In this document: positions 16,238 through 25,174 of the stretch, piece after piece | Layout of the letters: every line of letters begins with the position of its first letter | Numbering within the stretch: the first letter of the stretch is position 1 | NCBI GenBank assembly: GCA_964601735.1 | Contig: CAZROO010000002.1 | Location: 61,109-125,108, forward strand | Direction of reading: 5' to 3' | Origin: an uncultured Pseudomonadales bacterium | Lineage (GTDB): Bacteria > Pseudomonadota > Alphaproteobacteria > UBA2136 > UBA6156 | Length of the DNA stretch: 64,000 nucleotides | Made by a program: the position numbers and the translations under genes | The notes under the pieces: model-generated | The model's database searches: none | What the model was told of the DNA's origin: nothing | The model's input: the letters and a program-made list of their open reading frames with translations, nothing else

Positions 16238-18022
16238 ATGTTCTACCCCGCCCTTATCCTTCTCATCTACGCCATCATCACGGCGGGGCGGCTGCTGGCG
16301 GCGCAGGCCCCGTACCGGCGCGAGCACTTCACGCTGGCCACGGCCTGGTGCGCGGGCTACGGCGCCTACGGCCTGTGGGTGCTCGCCGCGCAACCGCTGT
16401 TCGGGGCGGGGCCGTGGGTCACGCCGGCAGCCTTCATTTTCGCCGCCGCCGTCCTTGCAGGCGCCCTGTACCGCGAGTGGCACAAGTGGCCGCGTGAGCA
16501 GCACCACACCGCCCATATCGCCATCAGCCTGCTCATCGCCGCGCCGCTGTTGCGCCTTATCTGGCAGTTGAATCCCGACGACTTCGGTAGCGCCAACACC
16601 CTGTTCTGGCAGCAGGCCGCGCTGGCCAAGCAACTGACGGCGTTCGCGGGCTGGCCCACCGCGCTTCAACTGCCTGCGGCCAGTTGGCCCACGGTGCCGG
16701 GCCTGCTGCCGTTGCTCACGCCGCTTGCGGGTCTGGGCGATATCGCCCTGCCGCCGCTCATTCCCCTCCTTGCCAACCTCGGCAGCCTGCTGGCGGCGGG
16801 CGGCGTGCTGCTGGTGGCGCTCAATTGGCCGGTCAAGTGGAGCAACCTCCCGCTTGTCGCCGCAGGCAGCCTGCTGGCCGTCGCGGTACTCAATCCCTGG
16901 CTGCCTCTGCACAACCTCGCCGCGCCCGACGCCCCGCTCTTCGCCGCCCTCTGCCTCTTCACCGCCGCCGCGCCGCTGTTCAACCCGCTGCCCCTGCCGG
17001 TGGGTGGAACCGTCCTCGGCCCGGCCCTCAGCCTCGCCGCGCTCACGCTGCTGCACCCGCTGGGCTGGCTGCTCAGCCTGTGGGTTGTCATTGTCTGGAA
17101 AATCCGTGTCCTCGCCGAAGGTATCAAAACCCCCGACCACGCCCACCGCCACCTGCTCGCACTCACATTGCTGGCGGCGCTGCCCACGCTGGCCTGGGCG
17201 GGCTGGCAGTACGCGCTGCACCCGTTCCGCGCGGGCATCACTTACGAACTCGGGCCGCTGCTGGCCCACCCCCAACTCTTCTTCGCCGTGCTGTTCGCGC
17301 AGCTTCCCGGCGCGCTCCCCGGCCACACCGGCCCGCTGCCGCTCTCAACGACACAACTGCTCCAACTCTGCATCATCGCTGCATCACTTTGGGCCGGATT
17401 GAGGCCCATCTTCGACAGGAGAGCGACAGCGAACCGACAACTCTGCATCACTTGCGCACCGCTTTTCCTGCCCCTGCTGCTCGCGCTGCCGCCGGTGCTG
17501 CTGGTGGCCTGGTTCAGCCCGCAAAAGGTTTGGAATATCCTTCAAGTTCAACAGTTTGTCTGGCTCGTGCCGCTCGCCGCCACGGTCGCCCAAGGCTACC
17601 GCCATTCGGTATGGCGCGAGCGCCTGTTCCGCGCCCCCTGGAGCTACGGCACGGCATGCTGCATCTTACTGTTTTCAATAATGATTTTCATCTCCCGTCC
17701 CCCCGCCGCCATCCCTTCGCCCTGGCCCGCCGTCGCCACCGGCCTGCGCCCGTACCCGCTGGTGCTGGCCGCTGGGCTAAGCCCCGCCGCTGTCTCAGAA
17801 ATGAATTACTATTCAAATGGTTATACTAACCTTGTGCCGGTGCCAGAAAGCCAGCAACCCACCCTCATGGGTCTGCTCAAACAGCAGTCGCTGCCGCTGC
17901 TGGCAACGTCCGACATCCTGCAAAACCTGGGCATTTCCGCCACTGCTCCGGCACCGCTGCTGCTCTTTCAACCGGCGCCCGGCGGTGTTAAGCTGCTGGC
18001 CAAATGGAATGCCATCCCGTGA
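16238..18022 (+). CDS. hypothetical polytopic integral membrane protein (594 aa, about 12-14 TM)
   Basis: Long L/A/P/W-rich hydrophobic ORF, the only frame without conflict. No motif I can assign. Confidence 0.7.
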   Translation: MFYPALILLIYAIITAGRLLAAQAPYRREHFTLATAWCAGYGAYGLWVLAAQPLFGAGPWVTPAAFIFAAAVLAGALYREWHKWPREQHHTAHIAISLLIAAPLLRLIWQLNPDDFGSANTLFWQQAALAKQLTAFAGWPTALQLPAASWPTVPGLLPLLTPLAGLGDIALPPLIPLLANLGSLLAAGGVLLVALNWPVKWSNLPLVAAGSLLAVAVLNPWLPLHNLAAPDAPLFAALCLFTAAAPLFNPLPLPVGGTVLGPALSLAALTLLHPLGWLLSLWVVIVWKIRVLAEGIKTPDHAHRHLLALTLLAALPTLAWAGWQYALHPFRAGITYELGPLLAHPQLFFAVLFAQLPGALPGHTGPLPLSTTQLLQLCIIAASLWAGLRPIFDRRATANRQLCITCAPLFLPLLLALPPVLLVAWFSPQKVWNILQVQQFVWLVPLAATVAQGYRHSVWRERLFRAPWSYGTACCILLFSIMIFISRPPAAIPSPWPAVATGLRPYPLVLAAGLSPAAVSEMNYYSNGYTNLVPVPESQQPTLMGLLKQQSLPLLATSDILQNLGISATAPAPLLLFQPAPGGVKLLAKWNAIP

Positions 18023-18138
18023 ACACTCTTAAAATCCTCCTTGCAATTCTGATACTTGGCACCTGCCTTAGCGCCTGCGGCCAGCGCGTCTACCCCGAAG
18101 ACCCCGCAGGCCGCGTGCACGATAGCCACTCGTTCTAG
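18019..18138 (+). CDS. putative 39-aa lipoprotein (not in the ORF track)
   Basis: GTG start overlaps the upstream TGA (GTGA). VNTLKILLAILILGTCLSAC|GQRVYPEDPAGRVHDSHSF has lipobox L-S-A-C. Confidence 0.45.
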   Translation: MNTLKILLAILILGTCLSACGQRVYPEDPAGRVHDSHSF

Positions 18139-18192
18139 CATTCATCTGCCGCCCGCGCTTGCTCCGCCAAATGCGGCGGATATAGTAGCTTT

Positions 18193-19110
18193 ATGAGTCT
18201 CTCCAAATCGCTGAATTTCGCCTACTATCCCGGCTGCGCCGCCAAGCAGATCCAAAAGGAGGCCGACTGGTCGGCCCGCGCCATTTGCGAAAAACTCGGC
18301 ATCGGCCTCAACGACATGCGCGAGGCCACCTGCTGCGGTGCGGGCAATCTGCAGGAGCACGACCCTGCCGCAGGGTTGGCTATCAACGCCCGCATCTTCT
18401 CGCAGGCGGAAGAAATGGGCATGGACATCGTCACCATCTGCAACACCTGCCTGCAAACCTTCAGCTACGCCAATCACCGCCTCAAAAACGAGCCCGAACT
18501 CCTCGCCACCATCAACAAGGTTTTAGTGAAAGCCGGCGTGCGCCCCTACGGCGGCACCATCGAGGTCAAACACCTCATCTGGGTACTGGTCGAAGACATC
18601 GGTGAAGCCAAGCTCAAAGAGCATCTCAAAAATCCGCTGAATGGCTTGAAGGTTGCGCCGTTCTACGGCTGCCACGCCATGCGCCCGAATGAAATCTTCC
18701 AGGGCCGCGGCGGTACCATCAACGGGCCCAAGTATCTCGAAACCATCATCAAAAGCCTCGGCGGCGAAAGCGTCGATTACTACGGCAAGGACAAATGCTG
18801 TGGCTTCCACTACATGCTGGTGCACGAAACCGAGTTCCTGCGCATGAGCGGCGGCCACAGCCTGCAAGCCAAAGATGCGGGCGCCGAAGTGATGATTTCC
18901 CCCTGCACGCTGTGCGATTTCGCCCTCGGTGCCTATCAAAGCCGGGCCGAAAAAGCCCTCGGTAAAACCATCGGCCTGCCGGAAATGAACGTCAGCCAGC
19001 TCATCGGCGCCGCGTTCGGGCTCGACCGGAAAACGCTGGGCTTCCATCGCCTGCATCAAAACCCCACCCCCGCCATGCAGGCCCACGGCATGCAAATTCC
19101 CGCCGCCTAA
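18193..19110 (+). CDS. HdrB/SdhE-like (Fe-S) protein with two CCG cysteine-rich domains
   Basis: YYPGCAAK...CCGAG...CNTC, and a second copy FYGCHAMRP...KCCGFH...PCTLC. 305 aa. Confidence 0.85.
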   Translation: MSLSKSLNFAYYPGCAAKQIQKEADWSARAICEKLGIGLNDMREATCCGAGNLQEHDPAAGLAINARIFSQAEEMGMDIVTICNTCLQTFSYANHRLKNEPELLATINKVLVKAGVRPYGGTIEVKHLIWVLVEDIGEAKLKEHLKNPLNGLKVAPFYGCHAMRPNEIFQGRGGTINGPKYLETIIKSLGGESVDYYGKDKCCGFHYMLVHETEFLRMSGGHSLQAKDAGAEVMISPCTLCDFALGAYQSRAEKALGKTIGLPEMNVSQLIGAAFGLDRKTLGFHRLHQNPTPAMQAHGMQIPAA

Positions 19111-19122
19111 AACCTGCGCGCG

Positions 19123-19440
19123 AACTATCCCCGGAAAACATCGCGGCCTCGTGCTTGAGGAAGAAAAGCCGTCCATGCTCCGCGATTTTATCCGGGGCCT
19201 TGTTCAAAGAGAATCAACCAAACACACTATATATAAAGAATACCCTCCGCCGTTATCCCCGCGAGCGAAGCCGCCGGGCGCAGCGAAGGCAACGCGGGTG
19301 GGGCGAACGGCCAAAGTCCTAAGAGAGCGTCCCCGGCCCCGTTCTGCAACGGGGCACGGGGTCTTGCCCGAACAGAAAACCCTAAACGCCGCCTCATCCC
19401 GGCGCAGGCCGGGATCCACGTCCAATCGCCGCAAAAGAAA
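19123..19440 (+). repeat. composite repeat (module D ... module B), right flank of the gene block
   Basis: aactatccccggaaaacatcgcgg...ccgcgattttatccggggcc, then ggccaaagtcc...ccggccccgttctgcaacggggc...gaacagaaaaccctaaacgccgcctcatcccggcgcaggccgggatccacgtcc. Confidence 0.65.
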
Positions 19441-19927
19441 ATCACAACTGACACCCGAGCACACAATCAAAGGTTGCAACAAAGAACCTGACACCCCGTA
19501 CATGTTGGATTGTATAAAGTATACAATACAAAAACCACCCAAAACCATACCCCAACCCACACCCGCCGATGCAACAGCGGTTTTAAGGCCTGGCACAAGC
19601 GCACCAAAGGCTTTTTGTCAGGTAGCTAAGGGAGAATGGCACAGGAAAAAACGCACGCCCTTAAAACCCTTCCTGTCGGAACGGTCGATCAAAGGGTACA
19701 ACCTAAAATTGTATACGCAAAATGAGGAGGGAAGAGGGAGTCACTTGCCGCGGCAGGGATAGGGTGACCGGAGGGTCGTCTTGGGGAGCCGCGGCAAGGT
19801 GAGGGCAGCATACGCCCGGCCGGCGGGGCGGGGCTATGGGAATCGACCCCGGTGTAGGCCTGCCGTAAGCAAGCTTAAAATGTCTTTATACTTGCCGATA
19901 CGGGTTTTGGCCCCTAGGCTTCGGCCC

Positions 19928-20413
19928 ATGCGTAAGTACCTTAAATACTGCCCGGGCTGGGAATGGTTCCTGCTCGGCTTCACCCTCCTTATTCTCGCGT
20001 TGTACCTGATGGGCCACAAGCTGTTCGGGCTTTCCGGCCTCATGAGCAGCGCCTTCGCCTTTGGTGGAGCCATCGTCACGGCGGCGTTGATTATGCCGCT
20101 GATGACGCTGGTGAGCGGCCTGGTGGCAAGCCTCATCGTGCCGGTCGTGGCGCTGTTCACCACGTTGTTTTCCACTGTCGTAGGCTGGCTGGCCGCCACC
20201 TGGGTGGGGGCGCTGTTCAGCCCGGTCTACGCCATGATTGCGCCGGTCATCCTCAAAATATCGCCACTGCTCACGCTGGGCAAGTACGGCCGTAAAATCT
20301 ACGACTGGCTCGACGACCAATGCTGGTGGCCGCAAAAGCTGGTATTCACCAGCAACAAGCGCCTGGCTAAGTTGAAGACGGCTAAGAAGGCCTCCGGCAA
20401 ACGCCGGAAGTAA
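19928..20413 (+). CDS. hypothetical membrane protein (161 aa, about 4 TM, basic C-terminus)
   Basis: Trimmed to ATG 19928 (MRKYLKYCPGWEWFLLGF...). The upstream part of the track ORF lies in a structured non-coding region. Confidence 0.6.
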   Translation: MRKYLKYCPGWEWFLLGFTLLILALYLMGHKLFGLSGLMSSAFAFGGAIVTAALIMPLMTLVSGLVASLIVPVVALFTTLFSTVVGWLAATWVGALFSPVYAMIAPVILKISPLLTLGKYGRKIYDWLDDQCWWPQKLVFTSNKRLAKLKTAKKASGKRRK

Positions 20414-20933
20414 CCAATCTGTTCCACTCGAAATGCTCGCCCGGGTCGGTCTTGCGGCCCGGCGAGATATCGCTGTGGCCCAGCACGTTGTGCGGCGTGA
20501 CCGCGGGGTGACGCGACTGGATATCCTTCAATAGCGCAATCAGCGTGGCGTACTGCGCCTCGGTGTAGGGCTCTGCATTCGTCCAGTCGCTTACCTGCTT
20601 CTCGCTCTCAAGCGTGGCGCCGTGGGGGAAGGGTCCCCGGTTGCCGATCTCGATGCCGATGCTCCAATCATTCAGGTTCTCAATTCCGTCCCACCGGCTT
20701 TTACCGGCATGGAAGGCGCTGTATTTTTCACTGACCAGTTGCACCAGTTCACCCTCGCGGGTGATGACGTAGTGCGACGACACCTCCGCCGCCGGGTCGC
20801 GCAGGCGGGCAATGGCCTCGTCGTCACTGGCCATCCAGGTGCCGTGGATGACGACGTACTTCAGCACCGCGTTGCCGCGTTCGCGCCAGTTGGGGCTGGG
20901 CATGAAACGCGAAACCAATTTGCTGTCTTCCAT
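20382..20933 (-). CDS. N-acetylmuramoyl-L-alanine amidase, AmpD-like (Amidase_2)
   Basis: VVIHGT..., HAGKSRW, SIGIEI and LGHSDISPGRKTDPGEHF. The start overlaps the fumC stop by 1 nt. Confidence 0.85.
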   Translation of the reverse strand: MEDSKLVSRFMPSPNWRERGNAVLKYVVIHGTWMASDDEAIARLRDPAAEVSSHYVITREGELVQLVSEKYSAFHAGKSRWDGIENLNDWSIGIEIGNRGPFPHGATLESEKQVSDWTNAEPYTEAQYATLIALLKDIQSRHPAVTPHNVLGHSDISPGRKTDPGEHFEWNRLVTSGVCRRPS

Positions 20934-22342
20934 CAGGCCTTTGGTGCAATCATGTCGGCGGGGCGTACGGTCTTGTCGAAGGTGGCGGCATCGATGAAAC
21001 CGAGCTTGAGCGCGGCCTCCTTCAACGTCAGGTTTTCCTTCAATGCCTTCTTGGCCACCTGTGCCGCCTTGTCGTAACCGATGACCGGGTTCAGCGCGGT
21101 CACCAGCATCAGGCTGTTGGCCAGGTGGCGTTCAATGGCGGGTATGTTGGGTTCCAAACCATCCACGCAGTGCTCCACAAAACTGCGGCTGGCGTCGGCC
21201 AGCAGTTGCATGCTTTGCAATACGTTGTGGATGATGAGGGGCTTGAACACGTTAAGCTGCAAGTGGCCCTGCATCCCGCCCGCCGTCACCGCGGCGTCGT
21301 TGCCGATAATCTGGCAGCACACCATGCTCAGCGCCTCGCACTGCGTGGGGTTGACCTTGCCGGGCATGATGCTGCTGCCGGGCTCATTGGCGGGCAGGCT
21401 CAACTCGCCAATGCCGCAGCGCGGGCCACTGCCCAAAAGGCGGATGTCGTTGGCAATTTTCATCGCCGCGACGGCGGCGGTTTTAAGGCTGGCGCTCATC
21501 TGCACCAGCGGCTCGTGGCCGGAAAGGCCGAAAAAAGTGTTATCGGTCTGGGTAAAGGGCAGGCGGGTCAGCCGCGCCACTTCCTTGCATACCTGCGGCG
21601 CAAATTTGGGGTGGCTGTTCAGGCCAGTGCCGACGGCGGTACCGCCCAGCGGCAGCGGCATCATGGCTTTGCCCGCTTCCTCAATCCGCTGGCGCGCAAA
21701 CTTGAGTTGCGCGGCAAAGGCCGAGAATTCCTGGCCCAGCGTCAGCGGCGTGGCGTCCTGCAAATGGGTGCGGCCGGTCTTGATGATTTTGGCCCAGGCC
21801 TTGGCTTTACTGGCCAGGGCTTGCTCAAATTCGATCATCGCGGGCAGCACGTCGTGGTGCAGGGCCACGGCGGCGGCAATGTGCATGGCGGTGGGGAAGG
21901 TGTCGTTGCTGCTCTGGCCGCGGTTCACATGGTCGTTGGGGTGAATTGGCGATTTCCCGCCTTTCTTGCCGGTCAGGCTCTCATTGGCGCGGCCCGCGAT
22001 CACTTCGTTCAGGTTCATGTTGGTTTGCGTGCCGCTGCCGGTTTGCCAGACAACCAGCGGGAATTCGCCAGGCAGCTTGCCTGCAATAATCTCGTCGCAG
22101 GCGGCCTCGATGGCGCGGGCGGTGGCCTTGTCGAGCTGCTTCAAGCCCACATTCACCGTGGCCGCGGCGCGCTTGAGCGTGGCGTAGGCTTGTATAAAAC
22201 GCGGCGTGAAATTCTGTCCGCCAAGGCTGAGTCCGATTCTGAAATTCTGGCTGCTGCGCTGGGTTTGCGCACCCCAATAAGCCTCGGCCGGCACGGCGAT
22301 GTCGCCCATGCTGTCGGACTCGGTGCGGGTGTTGGGAGCCAT
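20933..22342 (-). CDS. fumC: class II fumarate hydratase
   Basis: Trimmed to ATG 22342 ([30 protein letters not shown]). [16 protein letters not shown] signature. 469 aa. Confidence 0.96.
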   Translation of the reverse strand: MAPNTRTESDSMGDIAVPAEAYWGAQTQRSSQNFRIGLSLGGQNFTPRFIQAYATLKRAAATVNVGLKQLDKATARAIEAACDEIIAGKLPGEFPLVVWQTGSGTQTNMNLNEVIAGRANESLTGKKGGKSPIHPNDHVNRGQSSNDTFPTAMHIAAAVALHHDVLPAMIEFEQALASKAKAWAKIIKTGRTHLQDATPLTLGQEFSAFAAQLKFARQRIEEAGKAMMPLPLGGTAVGTGLNSHPKFAPQVCKEVARLTRLPFTQTDNTFFGLSGHEPLVQMSASLKTAAVAAMKIANDIRLLGSGPRCGIGELSLPANEPGSSIMPGKVNPTQCEALSMVCCQIIGNDAAVTAGGMQGHLQLNVFKPLIIHNVLQSMQLLADASRSFVEHCVDGLEPNIPAIERHLANSLMLVTALNPVIGYDKAAQVAKKALKENLTLKEAALKLGFIDAATFDKTVRPADMIAPKA

Positions 22343-22622
22343 CGTCGTTGCTTTCTGTTGGGCGCAATTTAACACGGAACAGGAGGGCGATGGACGGGGC
22401 GCTGACGGCATACGCAAAAAATAACCCCCCGGTGGACGGGGGGTTGATTTACGTCGAGCCAGGCTGGAACAAGGGGAGAGAGAGTGGCTCGGCCGTAACC
22501 GATGACAAGGCTCAAAAAACATCTTTCGTTTTTTGTTAGCCTTGCATCGCCCCGGCGCAGGCCGGGGTCTACGTCTTTGCAAGGCGCAGCCCTGAAACTT
22601 TTTGTCTTCAGACTTCCTTTCG

Positions 22623-24374
22623 TTACCTGATTTGCAACAAATTGTTGAGCATCTGGTCAACCGTGCTGATGACCGAACTGCTGGCCTGGAAGGCGCGCTG
22701 CGCGATGATCATCTGACTGAATTCACCTGCGATGTCGGTGGTTGAACCTTCCAGCGAGCCACCCACGATGCGGCCGGTACCGCCTGTGTTGGGCTGTTTG
22801 AGCAGGGCTTGGCCCGAGGCATCGGTCACGCGCAGCAGGTTGCCGCTAACAGGTTCAAGGCCGTTCGGATTTTGGAAAACGCCGATGGCCAGACGGTAAA
22901 GCTTTTTGGTTTCGCCGTTGGTGAAGGTGCCGTTGACGTAGCCGTTTTCATCCACCTGAACACTGGCCAGCGTACCGGCGCCAAAACCGTTCTGGTTGAC
23001 CGACGATACGTTGTTGTTGGCCGAAAACTGAATAACGCCGTTGGTGCCGACACCTGTATTAAGTTGGGTCTGTTGCGTCGCGCCGAACAGGAAGGTGGTG
23101 GTGGTGGTAGCCGGCGGAGTAGCGACGTTAAAGCTGCCGCTGACGGTAATGCGCACCTTGCTGGTGGCAAAGTACATTTCCCTTGTACCCGTCCCGGTCA
23201 AGGTAATGGGAGCATCACCCGTTGCGGTAAACACACCGCCAGCTACGGTACCCAGCAACCACGTGCCGTCATCCTGTTTCTGCACGGCGTAATTTGCATT
23301 TGTTCCACCGTAAGTACCTTCAAAACTGATACCGAGCACGCCTGAGCCTTCGCCGACACCTGTGTAGCCCAACGCACCCGCGGTGGCCACGGTGTTGCCG
23401 GTGGGCGCGGTACTGGTGGCAGGCAAGGTGGCAATGGTACCGCCGGTATAGTCGCCAAAGCTGAGATTGATAGTGCTGGGGTTTACACCACCAGCCCAGG
23501 TGACGTTCAGCGCGGTTGAGCCGGTATAGGCACCTGTGGTCATGTTCATGGCGCTGGCGTATTCGAGCGTGCCGTTGGGGTTGAATTGCAGGGTACCGCT
23601 GCCGAGATCTACATTGCTACCAGCGGTGCCCCCCTGCACGTTGGAGCCATCGGTATAAACCGTATAATCCCACAAGTTGGCGGCACGCTTGGTAAAGGCG
23701 ATGGTCATGTCGCGCGCGCCGCCCTGGGCATCGAACACCCGGACGTCGGCGAGAAAGTCGGCCTTGGTCGGATCTTTAGCCACGCCGGTCACATCGTTCA
23801 ACGCAGCGCTCAGACTTGAGGTGGTATCGTAAATAAGGTTGTTGTCCGTGGAGCTGTTGATGTTGGCGTTGAGGCTCAGTTCCGTGGTTTCCTGAGAACT
23901 GACGCCAATGCTGCCGAGTTCAACAGCAACGGGGTTCTGCACGTTAATGATGGTACCGTCGGAGTCTGTGCGCCAGCCTTGCAGGTAGAATCCGCTGGAG
24001 TTGACTAGGAAACCTTGCTTGTTTTGACTGAAGTCCCCGGCACGCGTATAGTAATAGCTGGTATTGGAATCATTGGTACTGGCATCTGCCACACGGAAAA
24101 AACCACTACCGGAGATGGCGAGGTCTGTGGCGTTGTTGGAACTGACCAATGACCCTTGCGCGCTTTCGGAACGCTGCACATTGGCGGCCACACCGCCGGC
24201 ATTATAGGCAGTACCGCCTGCGCCCGCACTGGTGACCATTTGGCTAAACAGGCTGCGGCCCGCCTTATAGCCAACGGTGTTGGTGTTGGCGAGGTTGTCG
24301 GAAATAACGCTGATGGCCTGACCTTGCGCCGACAGAGCTGATACGCTCGCGGTCATCGCCCCAAACAAACCCAT
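22623..24374 (-). CDS. flgE: flagellar hook protein FlgE
   Basis: N-terminus [37 protein letters not shown] and C-terminus [34 protein letters not shown] Shine-Dalgarno sequence upstream. Confidence 0.94.
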   Translation of the reverse strand: MGLFGAMTASVSALSAQGQAISVISDNLANTNTVGYKAGRSLFSQMVTSAGAGGTAYNAGGVAANVQRSESAQGSLVSSNNATDLAISGSGFFRVADASTNDSNTSYYYTRAGDFSQNKQGFLVNSSGFYLQGWRTDSDGTIINVQNPVAVELGSIGVSSQETTELSLNANINSSTDNNLIYDTTSSLSAALNDVTGVAKDPTKADFLADVRVFDAQGGARDMTIAFTKRAANLWDYTVYTDGSNVQGGTAGSNVDLGSGTLQFNPNGTLEYASAMNMTTGAYTGSTALNVTWAGGVNPSTINLSFGDYTGGTIATLPATSTAPTGNTVATAGALGYTGVGEGSGVLGISFEGTYGGTNANYAVQKQDDGTWLLGTVAGGVFTATGDAPITLTGTGTREMYFATSKVRITVSGSFNVATPPATTTTTFLFGATQQTQLNTGVGTNGVIQFSANNNVSSVNQNGFGAGTLASVQVDENGYVNGTFTNGETKKLYRLAIGVFQNPNGLEPVSGNLLRVTDASGQALLKQPNTGGTGRIVGGSLEGSTTDIAGEFSQMIIAQRAFQASSSVISTVDQMLNNLLQIR

Positions 24375-24423
24375 ATTTCAATCTCCTTACTATTGTTTTT
24401 TAGATTGCAGGAAGCGTGCCAAC

Positions 24424-25158
24424 TTACTCGCCGGTATTGCTGCTGCTGGCGCTGGAAGCTACGACCACTTGGCTGATGTCGCTGAAGGCTACGGCGCGGC
24501 CGTCGGCAAGCTCGACATTGACGTCGCCGCTGGCATCGGTGTTTACCGCCACCGCCACACCGTAGGTAAGCAGCTTGCTGGTGACCTGATTACCGTCGCT
24601 GTTGTAGGCAGTGATGACCGCCTTATAGGTGCCGGTGGGAGCTTGGCTGCCGTCTTGCATGGTGCCGTCCCAGCTGACGGTGTGGTTGCCGGGGGTAAGC
24701 GCGCTGCCGTCCTGGGGTGTCAGCGTTTTTACGACGGTGCCGTCGCTGTTGTAAATCTGGATGTTCATTTCGGAAGCCTGAGCATCGAGGTTGTAGCCGA
24801 ACGGCACGGCGCCATCGCTGTTTTTATTGAAGCTGGGGCCTGGTGCCAGCACGGCGTGGCCCAGGTAGCTGGTGGCCAGGCTTTGCTGGCCCAGGTCTTT
24901 TTGGCCATTAAGTTGGGTGAGCAGCGTGTTGGTCTGAATTTGTTGTTGCAGGCCGCCGAACTGCGCGAGTTGGCCTAGGAACTGGCTTTCATCCTGCGGA
25001 TGCAGGGGGTCCTGGTTTTTCAGTTGGGTGGTGAGCAACTGCAGAAAGGTCTGGAAGTTGAGCGAATTGAGGGCCTGATCGGTATTGGCCTGCAATGTGC
25101 TGTTTTGCTGGGTATTGATATTGGTACCGTCGGTAACGCCAGGAATCGCGGTGCTCAT
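24424..25158 (-). CDS. flgD: flagellar hook assembly/capping protein FlgD
   Basis: FLQLLTTQLKNQDPLHPQDESQFLGQLAQF plus a C-terminal FlgD Ig-like region. Confidence 0.92.
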   Translation of the reverse strand: MSTAIPGVTDGTNINTQQNSTLQANTDQALNSLNFQTFLQLLTTQLKNQDPLHPQDESQFLGQLAQFGGLQQQIQTNTLLTQLNGQKDLGQQSLATSYLGHAVLAPGPSFNKNSDGAVPFGYNLDAQASEMNIQIYNSDGTVVKTLTPQDGSALTPGNHTVSWDGTMQDGSQAPTGTYKAVITAYNSDGNQVTSKLLTYGVAVAVNTDASGDVNVELADGRAVAFSDISQVVVASSASSSNTGE

Positions 25159-25174
25159 GGTTGCTTTCTCCCTT

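Noticed and set aside
16034-17829. Alternative-frame ORFs (430 aa minus, 381 aa and 225 aa plus) overlapping the 594-aa membrane protein gene
   Set aside because: They are Arg/Pro/Gly-rich translations without hydrophobic periodicity. The 16238..18022 frame gives a coherent polytopic membrane protein and has a coupled downstream lipoprotein ORF.
19151-19762. 203-aa plus-strand ORF, with 130-aa and 79-aa minus-strand ORFs in the same interval
   Set aside because: These are translations running through the palindromic repeat modules (the typical ...SSRRRPGST... and ...DPGLRRDE... peptides). The same pseudo-peptides appear wherever the repeats occur.
19755-19875. Partial resemblance to the ykkC/guanidine-I riboswitch (TAGGGTGACCGG ... 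GGGAATCGACCCCGGTGTAG)
   Set aside because: Several core segments, such as GGUCCGAGAG and ACACGG, are not matched. The downstream gene is not a known guanidine-related transporter. It is reported only as an unclassified structured leader.
20382-20413. 32-nt convergent overlap between the 161-aa membrane protein gene and the ampD-like gene as a sign of mis-annotation
   Set aside because: Both frames are supported. The basic C-terminal tail of the membrane protein is open to its stop, and the AmpD-like C-terminus aligns to the family end. Short convergent overlaps are common in compact genomes.
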